This document shows positions 62,567-62,636 of a stretch of 62,636 nucleotides of DNA, piece after piece. Made by a program: the position numbers and the translations under genes. Every line of letters starts with the position of its first letter. Within the stretch, counting starts at the first letter, position 1. The stretch covers positions 1-62,636 of the forward strand of contig JBEKPL010000003.1 of NCBI GenBank assembly GCA_049520815.1, in the 5' to 3' direction. A model generated the notes under the pieces. The model was not told where the DNA came from. It did no database searches and was given only the letters and a program-made list of their open reading frames with translations. The DNA comes from Candidatus Limnocylindrales bacterium. Lineage in GTDB: Bacteria; Chloroflexota; Limnocylindria; Limnocylindrales; CSP1-4.

Positions 62567-62636
62567 CGGCCCCCGGCCCCCCTCCGCCTCCGAGGACGTG
62601 GCCGCAGGACGTCGTCCGGCCTCGTTGGAGACGCAG
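62480..62636. repeat. 47-bp perfect inverted repeat (62480..62526 and 62590..62636) with a 63-nt spacer
   Basis: ctgcgtctccaacgaggccggacgacgtcctgcggccacgtcctcgg is the exact reverse complement of the last 47 nt of the window. I checked it base by base. Confidence 0.9.

Overview
High-GC bacterial chromosome segment (about 70% G+C from hand-counted lines, not computed). It is almost entirely housekeeping and is transcribed almost entirely from the minus strand. Only a Fur-family regulator and one small membrane-protein locus read on the plus strand. Core genes, in window order (all on the minus strand unless noted): partial femAB-family gene, mutS2, mpg, cvpA, pheT, pheS, rplT, rpmI, infC, thrS with a Thr T-box leader, tRNA-Val. 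Then an accessory stretch, a DUF951-MFS-GT2 operon, a solute-binding protein plus MA-clan peptidase, a Ni/Co ECF transporter with a divergent Fur-family regulator, and tRNA-Arg. These are followed by an MBL hydrolase, dcd, nrdR, moaC, M50-CBS protease, a PLP decarboxylase, an ECF sigma/anti-sigma pair, tRNA-Pro, der, ispH, a cmk-plsC fusion, and a triple-repeat secreted protein. The window ends with rluB, scpB, scpA, xerD, recN, nadK, tlyA, dxs, xseB, xseA, efp, pepP and mltG. At least 13 gene junctions are 4-nt ATGA stop/start overlaps. I saw no rRNA, CRISPR array, transposase or integrase. I did not find a clearly novel multi-gene system. The most unusual observations are these. (1) A 46-bp perfect direct repeat of the tRNA-Pro 3' half bounds a 2.6-kb integrase-less islet carrying the sigma/anti-sigma pair. 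(2) A 62-bp duplication of the 5' half of tRNA-Val plus its upstream flank brackets a lower-GC lipoprotein gene, which is the opposite polarity to classical att sites. (3) A 47-bp perfect inverted repeat ends exactly at the right window edge and encloses the mltG start. (4) A lower-GC pair encodes a secreted protein with a caspase/gingipain-like His-Gly...Cys pattern and a membrane-anchored PepSY-like protein. (5) The Ni/Co ECF locus has promoter-overlapping inverted repeats. Many long plus-strand ORFs in the track are antisense shadows typical of high-GC DNA, and I rejected them.
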